Positions 10,689 through 21,126 are shown, counted from the stretch's first letter. The stretch: 64,000 nt of DNA from Treponemataceae bacterium (GCA_963667725.2 CAXXHO010000003.1:224001-288000), one strand, 5' to 3'. Program-made: numbers and translations. Notes: generated by a model not told the origin, from the letters alone.

Positions 10689-11438
10689 TTGGAAAAACTG
10701 TACGAAAAGAACGCGGTCAGGCATTCTCTTGTCTGGCTGGCCATCTATCTTGTCCTGAACACGATAACCGGAAATCTTCAAAGCGCTTCGCCGTCCAATT
10801 CCTCGTGGATCGGCGCGATACCCAATTTTCTTCTCGCGGCGATCTGCTTCATCTATCTGAAGAAAACGGGCATAGCCGAAGCTATTGGACTTCTCGCCCA
10901 ACCCACCGAGAAAGCCTCCATCATGCTGTACTATATTCCCGTGCTCGCCCTACCGTTTTTCTATCTTATCTATGGAATCGACAGCTCGGTGTCCGCGACG
11001 GATGCCCTCTCTCTCTTAACGATGTATATCGGCGTAGGATTCATGGAGGAAATCATTTTCAGAGGCCTCATGTTCAAGGCGCTGGAAAAGAAATGGAACC
11101 GGTACATCGTGGTCGCCTTCATCAGCCTCACCTTCGCGATCGGGCACATCGTCAGCATGGTGGCCGTCGGCCAGTCGGGATCCGATACAGTGCTCCAGAT
11201 ATTGAACGCCTTCTCCGTAGGATTCATGTTCATGGCCGTCATGCTCGCCTCCGGCAACCTGAGGCTCTGCGTGATCGCGCATATTCTCTACAATTTCCTT
11301 GCCGGCATTTCTCTCATAGACGCCACACACGGCGAGATAATCGTCCTGAATACGTTTGTCACCGTCCTTTACTTCGTCTATTTGCTGTTTCGCGCGAAAA
11401 ACGTGAAAGCTTATTTCAAGGGAGCCGCTTCGAACTGA
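10689..11438 (+). CDS. CPBP (CAAX protease/Abi) intramembrane metalloprotease
   Basis: EEIIFRG, FAIGH, AHILYN motifs in a multi-TM protein; TTG start at 10689 after AAGGA. Confidence 0.88.
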   Translation: MEKLYEKNAVRHSLVWLAIYLVLNTITGNLQSASPSNSSWIGAIPNFLLAAICFIYLKKTGIAEAIGLLAQPTEKASIMLYYIPVLALPFFYLIYGIDSSVSATDALSLLTMYIGVGFMEEIIFRGLMFKALEKKWNRYIVVAFISLTFAIGHIVSMVAVGQSGSDTVLQILNAFSVGFMFMAVMLASGNLRLCVIAHILYNFLAGISLIDATHGEIIVLNTFVTVLYFVYLLFRAKNVKAYFKGAASN

Positions 11439-11467
11439 CCGAGGCTAACTTTTATCCCGCAGGGGAA

Positions 11468-11614
11468 TTATAGGCGTTGCCCTCTGATGAAACGGAGCAG
11501 GACGAGTACGATCGCGATGACTAACAGGATGTGGATGAAGCCGCCCATCGTGTAGGAGGTGACCAATCCTAATGCCCAGAGCACGACTAATATGATCGCG
11601 ATAATTTCCAGCAT
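11468..11614 (-). CDS. lmo0937-family small membrane protein (48 aa; not in the ORF track)
   Basis: MLEIIAIILVVLWALGLVTSYTMGGFIHILLVIAIVLVLLRFIRGQRL with AAGGAG RBS; LW.LG...GGFIHILLVIA signature. Confidence 0.88.
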   Translation of the reverse strand: MLEIIAIILVVLWALGLVTSYTMGGFIHILLVIAIVLVLLRFIRGQRL

Positions 11615-11792
11615 CTTTTGTCTCCTTGTCTGCAGGGAATTTCTTCCAAGGGAAGATCGATGCCTTTAGGGCGCGAGATCTTTCCCTTGTTTTAACAATA
11701 CGCCTGCCCGTCGGCCTGGTCTGTGCGTAAACGCACATAGGCATATCCGGTTTTTTAGTTTGTATAGTTAATCCGATTGATGGTCGAAAGAT

Positions 11793-11825
11793 AAAAAAAG
11801 GCTGCCTTATGTAAAGGCAGCCTTT
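11793..11825 (-). terminator. Terminator downstream of tRNA-Ala
   Basis: AAAGGCTGCCT...AGGCAGCCTTT hairpin with T-run on the minus strand. Confidence 0.85.
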
Positions 11826-11832
11826 CCGTTCG

Positions 11833-11905
<73 letters not shown>

Positions 11906-11918
11906 GAACAGCACGGGG

Positions 11919-11948
11919 ATAATAACGTGAAGGCCGAGAAAATGTCAA
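11919..11948 (-). promoter_or_regulatory. sigma70-type promoter of tRNA-Ala
   Basis: TTGACA-N18-TATTAT. Confidence 0.7.
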
Positions 11949-12166
11949 GCGCGTAGACCTTGTTGAACGTTGTCTTTATTGCCGCGGAGTACCGCCCACG
12001 GTAAGCGAAGATTTGAAGGGAGGGCCGATGCGCTCAAAACCCTCTCCCGGATTTTTTTCGGTCCTCAATCTGTATAAAAACCGGTTTACGAAACAGTTTA
12101 CAGAAATTTTTCTATAAAAGATGCGTTTTTTTGTGGAATATTCACATATTTTTGCATTTTTCAGGC

Positions 12167-12195
12167 TGGACAAATCCATTTCGCTGGTGTAGGGT
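12167..12195 (+). promoter_or_regulatory. Putative ilv-leu operon promoter
   Basis: TGGACA-N17-TAGGGT preceded by an AT-rich tract (about 12070-12165). Confidence 0.45.
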
Positions 12196-12255
12196 GGCCG
12201 ACAACCCCAAGGAACCGGAACACGGGACAAGGGGAATTCGAGCACTGGGGAAACC

Positions 12256-12753
12256 ATGGAACGTTATATCCTTTCGGCCCTTGTCCAGAACCACGCGGGT
12301 GTATTAAGCCGCGTGTCTGGCTTGTTCAGCCGTAGAGGATACAACATCGACAGCCTTACCGTGGGCGAGACCGTCGATCCGGGCGTGTCGAGGATGACCA
12401 TCGTGGTACGCGGCGACGAAGCCATCCTTGAACAAATCCAGAAGCAGCTCGAAAAGCTCATCGAAGTGGCCGCGGTCAAGCGGCTCGACCCAAATCTCGC
12501 CGTTCTGCGCGAAATCGCCCTCATCAAGGTGGCGGCCTCTCCCGAATCCCGCCCCGATATCATACAGATCGCCAACATCTTCCGCGCGCGCATCGTCGAT
12601 GTGGCAGCCGACAGTCTGATCGTCGAAACAACCGGCGCCCAGAGCAAAGTCGACGGCCTCATTGAACTCCTGAAGCCCTTCGGTATCCTGGAGTTGGCCC
12701 GCACCGGACTCTCCGCTCTAGAACGCGGTTCCCTAATCCTCTCCCTTATTTAG
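12256..12753 (+). CDS. ilvN: Acetolactate synthase small (regulatory) subunit
   Basis: LVQNHAGVLSRVSGLFSRRGYNIDSL ACT domain, ELARTG. Confidence 0.95.
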   Translation: MERYILSALVQNHAGVLSRVSGLFSRRGYNIDSLTVGETVDPGVSRMTIVVRGDEAILEQIQKQLEKLIEVAAVKRLDPNLAVLREIALIKVAASPESRPDIIQIANIFRARIVDVAADSLIVETTGAQSKVDGLIELLKPFGILELARTGLSALERGSLILSLI

Positions 12754-12785
12754 CCGCCTTCGTACCCCAACTGTACGAAGGCGGC
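12753..12785 (+). other. Intercistronic 13-bp stem-loop without U-tract
   Basis: GCCGCCTTCGTAC-cccaact-GTACGAAGGCGGC. Confidence 0.75.
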
Positions 12786-12842
12786 ATCCACTCATCAAAT
12801 AACCGATGGTCCGAAAAGGATTTTCGGCGGAGGTATAATTAT

Positions 12843-12926
12843 ATGGTTACGATGAATTACGAGAAAGATTGTGATCCCAATCTCCATGAATTGGCAAAAA
12901 CCATCCCGGCGCTGAGCCGGGGATAA
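12843..12926 (+). pseudogene. ilvC: 27-codon relic of ketol-acid reductoisomerase (N-terminus only)
   Basis: GGAGGT RBS then MVTMNYEKDCDPNLHELAKTIPALSRG*, resembling IlvC N-termini (MxxxYYEKDCDLxLLKGKTI), in the usual ilvC slot after ilvN. Confidence 0.65.
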
Positions 12927-12935
12927 GGAGTCGGT

Positions 12936-14477
12936 ATGTCGCGGCAGATCAAGATTTTTGACACAACGCTGAGGGATGGCGAGCAGGCTCCCGGATGCAG
13001 CATGAACCTCATGGAAAAAGTCGATGTCGCGCGCCAGCTGGCGCGCCTGGGCGTCGATGTCATCGAGGCGGGCTTCGCGATCGCGAGCCCGGGCGATTTC
13101 GCCTCGGTGAGGGAAATCGCCCGCACTATCAAGGGCCCGGTGATCGCGAGCCTCGCCAGGGCCACAGAAAAGGATATCGACACCGCCTGGGAAGCGCTGA
13201 AGGAGGCCGAAAGGCCGAGGATACACACCTTCATCGCGACATCCCCTGTGCACATGGAGTACAAGCTCAAGATGAAGCCGGAGGAAGTGCTGGCCCAGGC
13301 CGAGGCGATGGTGCGCCGCGCGCTCCGGCTCTGCCCCGATGTCGAATTCTCCGCCGAGGACGCGTCCCGCACCGATCCGGAGTTCCTGTACAGGGTCATC
13401 GAGGCTGTCATCGCCGCCGGAGCGACCACCGTCAACATCCCGGACACCGTAGGCTATTCGGCCCCCGAGGAATTCGCGGCGCTGATCCGCGGCGTGCGGG
13501 ACAACGTCCCCAACATCGACAAGGCGATAATCTCGGTCCACTGCCACAATGACCTCGGCCTCGCCGTGGCCAACTCCCTCGCGGCGCTGGCGGCGGGCGC
13601 CGGGCAGATAGAATGCACTATCAACGGACTCGGGGAAAGGGCGGGCAACGCGGCGCTCGAGGAAATAGTGATGGGCCTCAGGACCCGCCCCGACCTCTTC
13701 GGCGTGACCTGCGGCATAGACACCACGCAGATCTACAACACGAGCAGACTCGTCTCGGCGGTCACCGGCGTCCAGGTCCAGCCCAACAAGGCTATCGTCG
13801 GCGACAACGCCTTCGCCCATGAGGCAGGGATACACCAGCACGGAATGCTCGCCAATCGGGCTACCTACGAAATAATGACGCCCGAGTCGATAGGGCTAAC
13901 CAAGAACTCCATGGTCCTCGGCAAGCATTCGGGCAAGCACGCCTTCGAGGACAGGGTCAAGGAACTGGGCTTCGACGTGGAGCCGGGACTCATCGCCGGC
14001 ATCTTCGAGGAATTCAAGACGCTGGCGGACCGGAAGAAGACGGTGAACGACAGGGACATCGAAGCCCTGGTCAGGGGAAAGACGATCCAGATTCCCGAAG
14101 CGTACAGGCTGAACCGCTTCGTCATCAACTCGGGTTCCAGCATCACGGCGACGAGTACCATCCGCCTCGCGCTCGCGAACGACGGTTTCGTCGAGCAAGT
14201 GGCCGTGGGCGACGGCCCCATCGACGCCTCCTTCAAGGCAATCGACAAGATCGTGGGCAAGGCCTTTTCCCTCGAGTCCTTCTCCCTCGACGCGGTCACG
14301 GGCGGCAAGGACGCCCAGGGCGAGGCGAGGGTGAGGATTCTCCACAAGGGCAAGGGCTACAACGGCCGCGGTCTCTCCACCGACATCATCGAGGCGAGCA
14401 TCAAAGCCTATGTGACGGCGGTCAATGCCATGGTCCACGAAACGGAGGTGGCCAATGGCCCGCGTAACGATACTTGA
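12936..14477 (+). CDS. leuA: 2-isopropylmalate synthase
   Basis: FDTTLRDGEQAPG, HCHNDLGLA, GERAGNAALEE, AHEAGIHQHG, C-terminal GDGPIDA regulatory domain. Confidence 0.95.
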   Translation: MSRQIKIFDTTLRDGEQAPGCSMNLMEKVDVARQLARLGVDVIEAGFAIASPGDFASVREIARTIKGPVIASLARATEKDIDTAWEALKEAERPRIHTFIATSPVHMEYKLKMKPEEVLAQAEAMVRRALRLCPDVEFSAEDASRTDPEFLYRVIEAVIAAGATTVNIPDTVGYSAPEEFAALIRGVRDNVPNIDKAIISVHCHNDLGLAVANSLAALAAGAGQIECTINGLGERAGNAALEEIVMGLRTRPDLFGVTCGIDTTQIYNTSRLVSAVTGVQVQPNKAIVGDNAFAHEAGIHQHGMLANRATYEIMTPESIGLTKNSMVLGKHSGKHAFEDRVKELGFDVEPGLIAGIFEEFKTLADRKKTVNDRDIEALVRGKTIQIPEAYRLNRFVINSGSSITATSTIRLALANDGFVEQVAVGDGPIDASFKAIDKIVGKAFSLESFSLDAVTGGKDAQGEARVRILHKGKGYNGRGLSTDIIEASIKAYVTAVNAMVHETEVANGPRNDT

Positions 14478-16077
14478 TTCGACCCTCCGCGACGGCGCTC
14501 AGGGAGAGGGCATCAGCTTTTCGGTCCAGGACAAGCTGAACATTGTGCGGCTCCTGGACTCCCTGGGCGTCGATTACGTGGAGGCGGGCAATCCGGGTTC
14601 CAACCCCAAGGACATGGAATTTTTCAGGGAAGCGGCTCATCTCACCCTCGGGAGGGCGAAACTCGCGGCCTTCGGGCCGACCCGCCGCGTGGGCATAGAA
14701 GCCTCCCGGGACGAAGGCCTGAAGAGTCTTCTCGGCGTGGGAACGGAAACCGTGGTCATCTTCGGCAAGAGCTGGGATTTCCATGTGAGCCATGTGCTGA
14801 AGGCGAGCCTGGACGAGAACCTCGCCATGATAGCCGATTCCTGCGCCTATGCAGCGGCGGCCGGCCGCCGCGTGATCTACGACGCCGAGCACTTTTTCGA
14901 CGGGTACGCGGCGAATCCCGACTACGCGATTCGCACCCTCGCTGCGGCGATAGGGGGGGGAGCGAGCTGCGTCGCGCTCTGCGACACCAATGGCGGCAGC
15001 CTGCCGGGGTGGGTAGGCGAGCTTACGGCGGCGGTAGCGCGCAAGTTCGGCCCTGAGGTGGCCGTAGGCATCCACGCGCACAACGATTCAGGTCTCGCTG
15101 TCGCGAATTCCCTGGCCGCGGTGGGCGCGGGAGCCAGCCATGTGCAGGGCTGCCTCGCGGGCTTCGGCGAGCGCTGCGGAAACGCGAACCTGTCGACGAT
15201 CATCGCCGATCTCAGGCTCAAGATGGGCGTCGGCTGCCTTCAGCCCGACTCCCTTTCCCTTCTCTCCCTGACGGCGCGCAGCGTGGCCGAGATCGCCAAT
15301 ATCGTCTTCGACGAAAGCACGCCCTTCGTGGGGCGCCATGCCTTCGCCCACAAGGCGGGGATGCATGTAGACGCCGTCGTGAAGAACCCGCGCTCCTTCG
15401 AGCACGTCGATCCTCCGCTCGTGGGCAACGAGCGGAGGATCCTGGTTTCCGAAGTGGGAGGCCGCTCTGTCATCCTCGACCGGGTGAAACGCGTCTATCC
15501 CGAAGCCACCAAGGATTCCCCTCTTGTCGCTCAGGTGCTTTCGAAACTCAAGGAAATGGAACGCTTCGGCTACCAGTTCGAAGGCGCCGACGCGAGCCTC
15601 GATCTCCTGCTCATGAAGGTTACGGGCACGTACAAGCCTTTCTTCAGGCTGAGCAAATACAGAACCATAGGCGAGCAGCCTTCAGGCGACGCGGCTCGCT
15701 GCGCCCAGGCCACGGTGAAGATTGAGGTTGAGGGCGTGGAAGAAGTGAGCGTGGCGGAGGGGGACGGCCCTGTCCATGCCCTCGACCTGGCGCTTCGCAA
15801 GGCTCTGGAACGTTTCTATCCGAGCCTTTCGGCCATGCGCCTCACCGACTACAAGGTGCGCGTCCTGGACAGCGCGAGCGCCGCGGCGGCCACCGTGCGC
15901 GTCTTCATCGAAAGCTCCGACACCGTGGATTCCTGGACTACCGTAGGCGTCTCGACGGACATCATCGAGGCGAGCTGGATCGCCCTCGTCGATTCGATCG
16001 AATTCAAACTCATCAAAGATATGGATAAAAGCCGCGAGGCATCCGATGGAAAGGAGAAAAGCAGTCATGTTGCATAA
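14455..16077 (+). CDS. cimA: Citramalate synthase (LeuA paralogue)
   Basis: [56 protein letters not shown]; start MARVT at 14455 after GGAGG. Confidence 0.9.
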   Translation: MARVTILDSTLRDGAQGEGISFSVQDKLNIVRLLDSLGVDYVEAGNPGSNPKDMEFFREAAHLTLGRAKLAAFGPTRRVGIEASRDEGLKSLLGVGTETVVIFGKSWDFHVSHVLKASLDENLAMIADSCAYAAAAGRRVIYDAEHFFDGYAANPDYAIRTLAAAIGGGASCVALCDTNGGSLPGWVGELTAAVARKFGPEVAVGIHAHNDSGLAVANSLAAVGAGASHVQGCLAGFGERCGNANLSTIIADLRLKMGVGCLQPDSLSLLSLTARSVAEIANIVFDESTPFVGRHAFAHKAGMHVDAVVKNPRSFEHVDPPLVGNERRILVSEVGGRSVILDRVKRVYPEATKDSPLVAQVLSKLKEMERFGYQFEGADASLDLLLMKVTGTYKPFFRLSKYRTIGEQPSGDAARCAQATVKIEVEGVEEVSVAEGDGPVHALDLALRKALERFYPSLSAMRLTDYKVRVLDSASAAAATVRVFIESSDTVDSWTTVGVSTDIIEASWIALVDSIEFKLIKDMDKSREASDGKEKSSHVA

Positions 16078-17152
16078 AATAGCGGTAATTCCAGGGGACG
16101 GAATCGGCCCTGATGTCGTGAAAGAAGCGTTGGGCGCTCTTGTTGCGGTGGGCGATCTCCGTGGACATAAATTTGAGTTCGCGCAACTTCTTATGGGCGG
16201 CGCCGCCTTTGACGCGACAGGGGAGCCTCTTCCTCCTGAAACCCTTCTGGCCTGCAAGCGGAGCGACGCGGTTCTCCTCGGCGCCGTTGGCGGCCCGAAG
16301 TGGGACAAGCTGCCCGGTAAAAAGCGCCCCGAGGCGGCTCTCTTGGGCTTGAGGGCGGGCCTCGGCGTCTACGCCAACCTGAGACCGGCGCTCATGTTTC
16401 CCCAGCTCGCCTCCGCCTGCCCCTTAAGGGCCGACATAGCCGGCGAGGGGCTGGATATTCTCATCGTGAGGGAACTCACCGGGGGCATCTACTTCGGGGA
16501 TCGAGGAAGGAGCGCCGACGGCGAGTCTGCATGGGACACCGAGCGTTACTCGCGCGCTGAGATAGAGCGCCTCGTCCATGTGGCCTTCGACGCGGCCAGA
16601 GGCAAGCGCAAAAAACTCTGCGTAGTGGACAAGGCCAACATACTCGAATCGAGCCGCCTCTGGAGGGAGACCGTCATGGCAATGGCCCCTCATTGGCCCG
16701 AAGTGGAACTGAGCTTCATGTATGTCGACAACTGCGCCATGCAGCTCGTCAGGAATCCTCGCCAGTTCGATGTCATCGCCACGAGCAATATGTTCGGGGA
16801 CATCCTCTCGGACGAAGCGAGCATGCTCACCGGCTCCATAGGGATGCTGGCCAGCGCGAGCCTCGGCTACGCGGGCCCGGGACTCTATGAACCCATCCAT
16901 GGCTCGGCGCCGGATATCGCCGGGATGGACAAGGCCAATCCCCTGGCCACGATACTCTCGGCGGCCCTGCTTCTGCGCCACTCACTCGGTCTCGAGGCCG
17001 AGGCCAAGATGATCGAGTCGGCCGTCTCCTCCGTCCTGGACGCGGGGTACCGCTGCGCCGACATCGCCGCGGGCCTCCCCGGAGAACGGATTGTGGGAAC
17101 GAAAGAGATGGGAGCGGCGGTCTGCGCGGCCATACGCGGCATGGCGACGTAA
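16067..17152 (+). CDS. leuB: 3-isopropylmalate dehydrogenase
   Basis: [49 protein letters not shown]; start MLHKI. Confidence 0.95.
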   Translation: MLHKIAVIPGDGIGPDVVKEALGALVAVGDLRGHKFEFAQLLMGGAAFDATGEPLPPETLLACKRSDAVLLGAVGGPKWDKLPGKKRPEAALLGLRAGLGVYANLRPALMFPQLASACPLRADIAGEGLDILIVRELTGGIYFGDRGRSADGESAWDTERYSRAEIERLVHVAFDAARGKRKKLCVVDKANILESSRLWRETVMAMAPHWPEVELSFMYVDNCAMQLVRNPRQFDVIATSNMFGDILSDEASMLTGSIGMLASASLGYAGPGLYEPIHGSAPDIAGMDKANPLATILSAALLLRHSLGLEAEAKMIESAVSSVLDAGYRCADIAAGLPGERIVGTKEMGAAVCAAIRGMAT

Positions 17153-17174
17153 TGCGGGAAAGATGGAGCATATC

Positions 17175-18887
17175 ATGCAGATGACCGGTTCAAGAATCAT
17201 CATAGAATGCCTCGTCGAGCGGGGCGTGGACGTGGTCTTCGGCTATCCCGGCGGCACCGTCCTCAATATCTACGACGAGCTGTACAGAAACGCCGACAGG
17301 ATCAGGCACATCCTGACCGCTCACGAGCAGGGGGCTTCCCACGCGGCGGACGGCTACGCGCGTTCGACCGGCAGACCCGGCGTGGTGATCGCCACGAGCG
17401 GGCCGGGCGCCACCAACCTCGTGACCGGCATAGCCGCGGCTTACATGGACTCCGTACCCCTCATCGCGATCACAGGCAACGTACCCCTCTCGCTCTTGGG
17501 CAAGGACAGTTTTCAGGAAGTGGACATCGCCGGCGTCACCATGCCTATCACCAAACACAACTTCATCGTGAAAGACGTGCGCGAACTGGCGGATACGATG
17601 AGGCTGGCCTTTGAGATCGCGACGACGGGAAGGCCGGGGCCTGTCCTGGTGGACGTCACCAAGGACGTGACCGCGGCACGGACCGAGTGGATCTCAGCCG
17701 ATGAAAGCGCCGCGCTGCGGGCGGGCGCCGCGTCGACCCATCGCTTCACGGCCAAGGCGATCAAGTCCGTCACGGCCATGGAACTCGACGACGCCGCCGC
17801 CCTCATAGCGGCGGCCGAAAAACCCTTCATCTACGCGGGCGGCGGCGTCATCATAGCCGAAGCGGCCAGCCAGCTTCGCGAATTCGCCGAGCGCCTCCAC
17901 GCCCCCTGCGCCCTCAGCCTCATGGGCCACGGCGCCATGCCCGCCGACCACCCGCTCTTCACGGGTATGATCGGCATGCACGGGACGAAAGCCTCCAATA
18001 TGGCCGCCGGCGCGGCCGACCTCCTTATCGCGGTGGGCGCCCGTTTCTCCGACCGCGTGGTCAGCAACCTGTCGGTCTTCGCGAAGAAGGCGAAGATACT
18101 CCACATCGACATCGACCCGGCCGAGATCAACAAGAACGTCAGGAGCTACACCTCCCTAGTGGGCGACGTCAAGGAAATCCTGACCGGACTCAATTCACGC
18201 ATCGCGCCGAAAAATATTTCGGCCTGGAACGGAGACATAGCGGCATGGAAAGAGGAGCGGCCTTCCTCCCACGAGACGAAAAAGGCCCTCCACCCGCGCT
18301 TCATCCTCGAGACCATCCATTCAAAGGTGGGCGACGAGGCCTTCGTCACCACCGAAGTGGGCCAGCACCAGATGTGGACCGCCCAGTTCTATCCCTTCTC
18401 GAAACCGCGAACCTTCATAACCTCGGGAGGCCTCGGCGCCATGGGCTTCGGAACGGGGGCGGCCATGGGCGTCCAGATAGCCCACCCTGAGGCGCAGGTC
18501 GTCCATATCGCCGGGGACGGTTCCTTCCGCATGAACTGCGCCGAACTGGCGACCATCGTCAACTACAACCTGCCGATACTCATCGTCGTGTTCAACAACG
18601 GGACGCTGGGCATGGTGAGGCAATGGCAGACAATGTTCTACGAAAAGCGCTACTGCCAGACGACACTCGACAGGCCGCCCGACTTCGTGAAGCTGGCCGA
18701 TGCCTACGGTCTGCCCGGCTACAGGGCCCGCGAACCCGAAGAGTTCCGCGCCTGCCTGGAAGCCGCCCTTTCCCGCAGAGGTCCCGCGCTCATCGAATGC
18801 GTTCTGGATATCGACGAGAAAGTGCTGCCGATGGTGCCCGCCGGCAAACCCATAGACGAACTTATACTCGAACCAAGAGAGAGTTGA
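17175..18887 (+). CDS. ilvB: Acetolactate synthase large subunit
   Basis: FGYPGG, HEQGASHAADGYAR, TSGPGATN, TPP motif GDGSFRMN...NNGTLGMVRQWQ; start MQMTG. Confidence 0.95.
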   Translation: MQMTGSRIIIECLVERGVDVVFGYPGGTVLNIYDELYRNADRIRHILTAHEQGASHAADGYARSTGRPGVVIATSGPGATNLVTGIAAAYMDSVPLIAITGNVPLSLLGKDSFQEVDIAGVTMPITKHNFIVKDVRELADTMRLAFEIATTGRPGPVLVDVTKDVTAARTEWISADESAALRAGAASTHRFTAKAIKSVTAMELDDAAALIAAAEKPFIYAGGGVIIAEAASQLREFAERLHAPCALSLMGHGAMPADHPLFTGMIGMHGTKASNMAAGAADLLIAVGARFSDRVVSNLSVFAKKAKILHIDIDPAEINKNVRSYTSLVGDVKEILTGLNSRIAPKNISAWNGDIAAWKEERPSSHETKKALHPRFILETIHSKVGDEAFVTTEVGQHQMWTAQFYPFSKPRTFITSGGLGAMGFGTGAAMGVQIAHPEAQVVHIAGDGSFRMNCAELATIVNYNLPILIVVFNNGTLGMVRQWQTMFYEKRYCQTTLDRPPDFVKLADAYGLPGYRAREPEEFRACLEAALSRRGPALIECVLDIDEKVLPMVPAGKPIDELILEPRES

Positions 18888-19194
18888 GGAGCATATACAG
18901 GATCGTGCCTCCCAGAATGCTGAGGAGGGCATTCCGTTTCCAGAGATGGAGAGCGACGACGGCCGTGCCCGCGACGGCCGACGCGGCTCCGACGGCGGGG
19001 GCCGCCCAGTCGATCGAAGTATAGGAAGACACTGCCAGGACGGTCATGGCGATCGCGGGCATATAGACTTCGACGAAAGAGAGAAAGGCGGGAGGTTTTC
19101 TGCCCGCGAAGAAGAGGAAGGGCAGGGCGCGGCAGAATACGATGATCAGCATCATCGCCGCTGCGGCGATGAGGGCTTCAGCGACGCTCAGCAT
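18862..19194 (-). CDS. azlD: Branched-chain amino acid exporter small subunit (AzlD)
   Basis: RALPFLFF, LHLWKRNALLSILGGTILYM. Confidence 0.88.
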   Translation of the reverse strand: MLSVAEALIAAAAMMLIIVFCRALPFLFFAGRKPPAFLSFVEVYMPAIAMTVLAVSSYTSIDWAAPAVGAASAVAGTAVVALHLWKRNALLSILGGTILYMLLNSLLVRV

Positions 19195-19885
19195 CGGATA
19201 CTCCCTTGCGGTCGCCCGCCACCAGGATTATCGTCGCCATGAGCAACCCGACGATGATGGTTCCCCTGTCCCCGACGAGGAATTTCGCCGCGATGGTGGA
19301 AAGGCCGGCCACCAGGAAGGGCAGTGCTTTCCTCAGCTTGAGCGCCTGCTCCACGGCCAGGACGATGAACATCGCGGTGAGGGCGAAATTGAGCCCTTCG
19401 ATCTTGTAGGGAATGAGGGTGCCTGCCAGGGCGCCGATGGCCGTGCCCAGCACCCAATAGAGTTGGTTGAAGCCCGAAACCATGAGAAGGAAGCCGCCGT
19501 CGGCCCTGTCTTCTTCGCTTGCCGAACTCAGGAGGGCGTAGGTTTCGTCGGTGAGGGCGAATACGAGATAGGGGCGCGCGCGCGGATGCTTGCCGAAGGT
19601 TTTGATGAGGGAAAGCCCGTAGGCCGCGTGGCGAAGGTTGACGATGAGGGTGACGAGGGCGATTTCCGCCAGGGAAGCGCCCGCCGCGAAAAGTCCTATG
19701 CCGATGTACTGCGCCGCGCCGGCGTAGACGAAGACGCTCATGAGCAGGGCGAACCACCAGGGATATCCGGAATTCACCGCGAGTAGGCCGAAGCCGAAGC
19801 CTATGGTCACATAGCCGAGGAGGACGGGTATGCTCGCCTTGAAGGCGTGGATGGCCGAACTGCTTTTGCCGTCTGAAATTGTCAT
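19178..19885 (-). CDS. azlC: Branched-chain amino acid exporter permease (AzlC)
   Basis: YAGAAQ, VNLRH..YG, LTDETYA, FALTAMF. Confidence 0.92.
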   Translation of the reverse strand: MTISDGKSSSAIHAFKASIPVLLGYVTIGFGFGLLAVNSGYPWWFALLMSVFVYAGAAQYIGIGLFAAGASLAEIALVTLIVNLRHAAYGLSLIKTFGKHPRARPYLVFALTDETYALLSSASEEDRADGGFLLMVSGFNQLYWVLGTAIGALAGTLIPYKIEGLNFALTAMFIVLAVEQALKLRKALPFLVAGLSTIAAKFLVGDRGTIIVGLLMATIILVAGDRKGVSDAERR

Positions 19886-19977
19886 TGCGAAAAGAATATG
19901 GATGATAGGGAGTTAGGTCAATCGGGAGCCGCCTCCTCGGCCTTGTAAAATCGACCTCTTTCCAGCATACTGAAACC

Positions 19978-21126
19978 ATGGGAACTCAAATGAGGGGCAT
20001 CGCGCTTTGCGCCGTCGGCCTCGAAAAAATCGCCGCGCAGGAAATAACTCGACTCGGTCTTTCCGTCCTCGAACGAAGGCCGGGCAGAATCTACTTTAAA
20101 TTGGATGAGATCACCCTGGCCAGAGATCTGGCCACGGCCAATATCGGCCTTCGAACGGTCGAAAGGGTGCTGCTCGAGCTCGGACGCTTCAACGCGGGGG
20201 ATTTCGACGCCTTTTTCGAAGGCATACGGGCTCTTCCCTGGGAACTCTGCTGCTTCAAGGATTCGAAACTTCACATCGAGAGGGTGAGATCGCACGCGTC
20301 CAAGCTGGCGGCTCAGACGAGCCTCCAGTCCATGACGCAGAAAGCCGCCTATTCCCGGCTCATGGAAATCTACAAGATGAGCCAGATGCCCGAGACGGGC
20401 AATATCGTCGGCACGCGTGTCTATGTGGACAACGACGAATGCTCGGTCGGCATCGACACCTCGGGCGACCCCCTGCACAAGAGAGGATACCGAAAGCGAG
20501 TCGTCCTGGCTCCTCTCAAGGAGACTGTCGCCGCTTCCCTCCTTTTCTTCTCCGGATGGAACAGGAAATACGCCCTCCTCGATCCCTTCTGCGGATCGGG
20601 CACCATAGCCATCGAGGCGGCCCTCTACGCCCTCGATTTCGCGCCCGGCCTCATGCGCCGCTTCTCCTTCGAGCTGATGCCCGGCGTTTCGCCCAAGGTC
20701 GTCGATGAGGTGAGATCGGAATTCGAAGCGAAGATCCGGAACGATGTCGAGGTGGAGATCAGGGCTTCGGACACCGATCCGGACGCGCTGAACGCAGCGC
20801 GAGGGAATGCCGACGACGCCGGCGTGCTGGATTGGATCACCTTCGAGCAGCGGAAGGCCGAGGACGCGGCGCCCTTCGCCCCCAAGGGGCATCTTTTGGC
20901 CAATCCGCCCTACGGCAACAGGCTGGGAACTCAGGAAGAAGCTAAAGAGCTCTACGAAAGACTGGCCGAGATGAGGGACAGGTTCTCCTCGGGCAACTGG
21001 GCGATGGGCTTCATAACCGACAAGGACGATTTCGGCGATGTGTTCGGAATGCTTCCGGACGCGTCCCACCATATCGTGAACGGAGCGGAGGAACAGTGGT
21101 TTCATTGGTTCCCGGCCAAGGGCTGA
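19978..21126 (+). CDS. THUMP-domain SAM-dependent RNA methyltransferase (RlmL-like)
   Basis: DTSGDPLHKRGYR, APLKETVAA, DPFCGSGTIAIEAA, NPPYG. Confidence 0.88.
   Translation: MGTQMRGIALCAVGLEKIAAQEITRLGLSVLERRPGRIYFKLDEITLARDLATANIGLRTVERVLLELGRFNAGDFDAFFEGIRALPWELCCFKDSKLHIERVRSHASKLAAQTSLQSMTQKAAYSRLMEIYKMSQMPETGNIVGTRVYVDNDECSVGIDTSGDPLHKRGYRKRVVLAPLKETVAASLLFFSGWNRKYALLDPFCGSGTIAIEAALYALDFAPGLMRRFSFELMPGVSPKVVDEVRSEFEAKIRNDVEVEIRASDTDPDALNAARGNADDAGVLDWITFEQRKAEDAAPFAPKGHLLANPPYGNRLGTQEEAKELYERLAEMRDRFSSGNWAMGFITDKDDFGDVFGMLPDASHHIVNGAEEQWFHWFPAKG

Noticed and set aside
10570..11832. Possible tRNA-Ala-anchored island (lower-GC CAAX protease region)
   Set aside because: No integrase and no convincing duplication of the tRNA 3' end (only an 8-nt AGGGGAAT match)
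12185..12215. T-box-like AGGGTGG upstream of ilvN
   Set aside because: Lacks TGGNACC, stem I and terminator; fits better as a -10 element 17 bp after TGGACA
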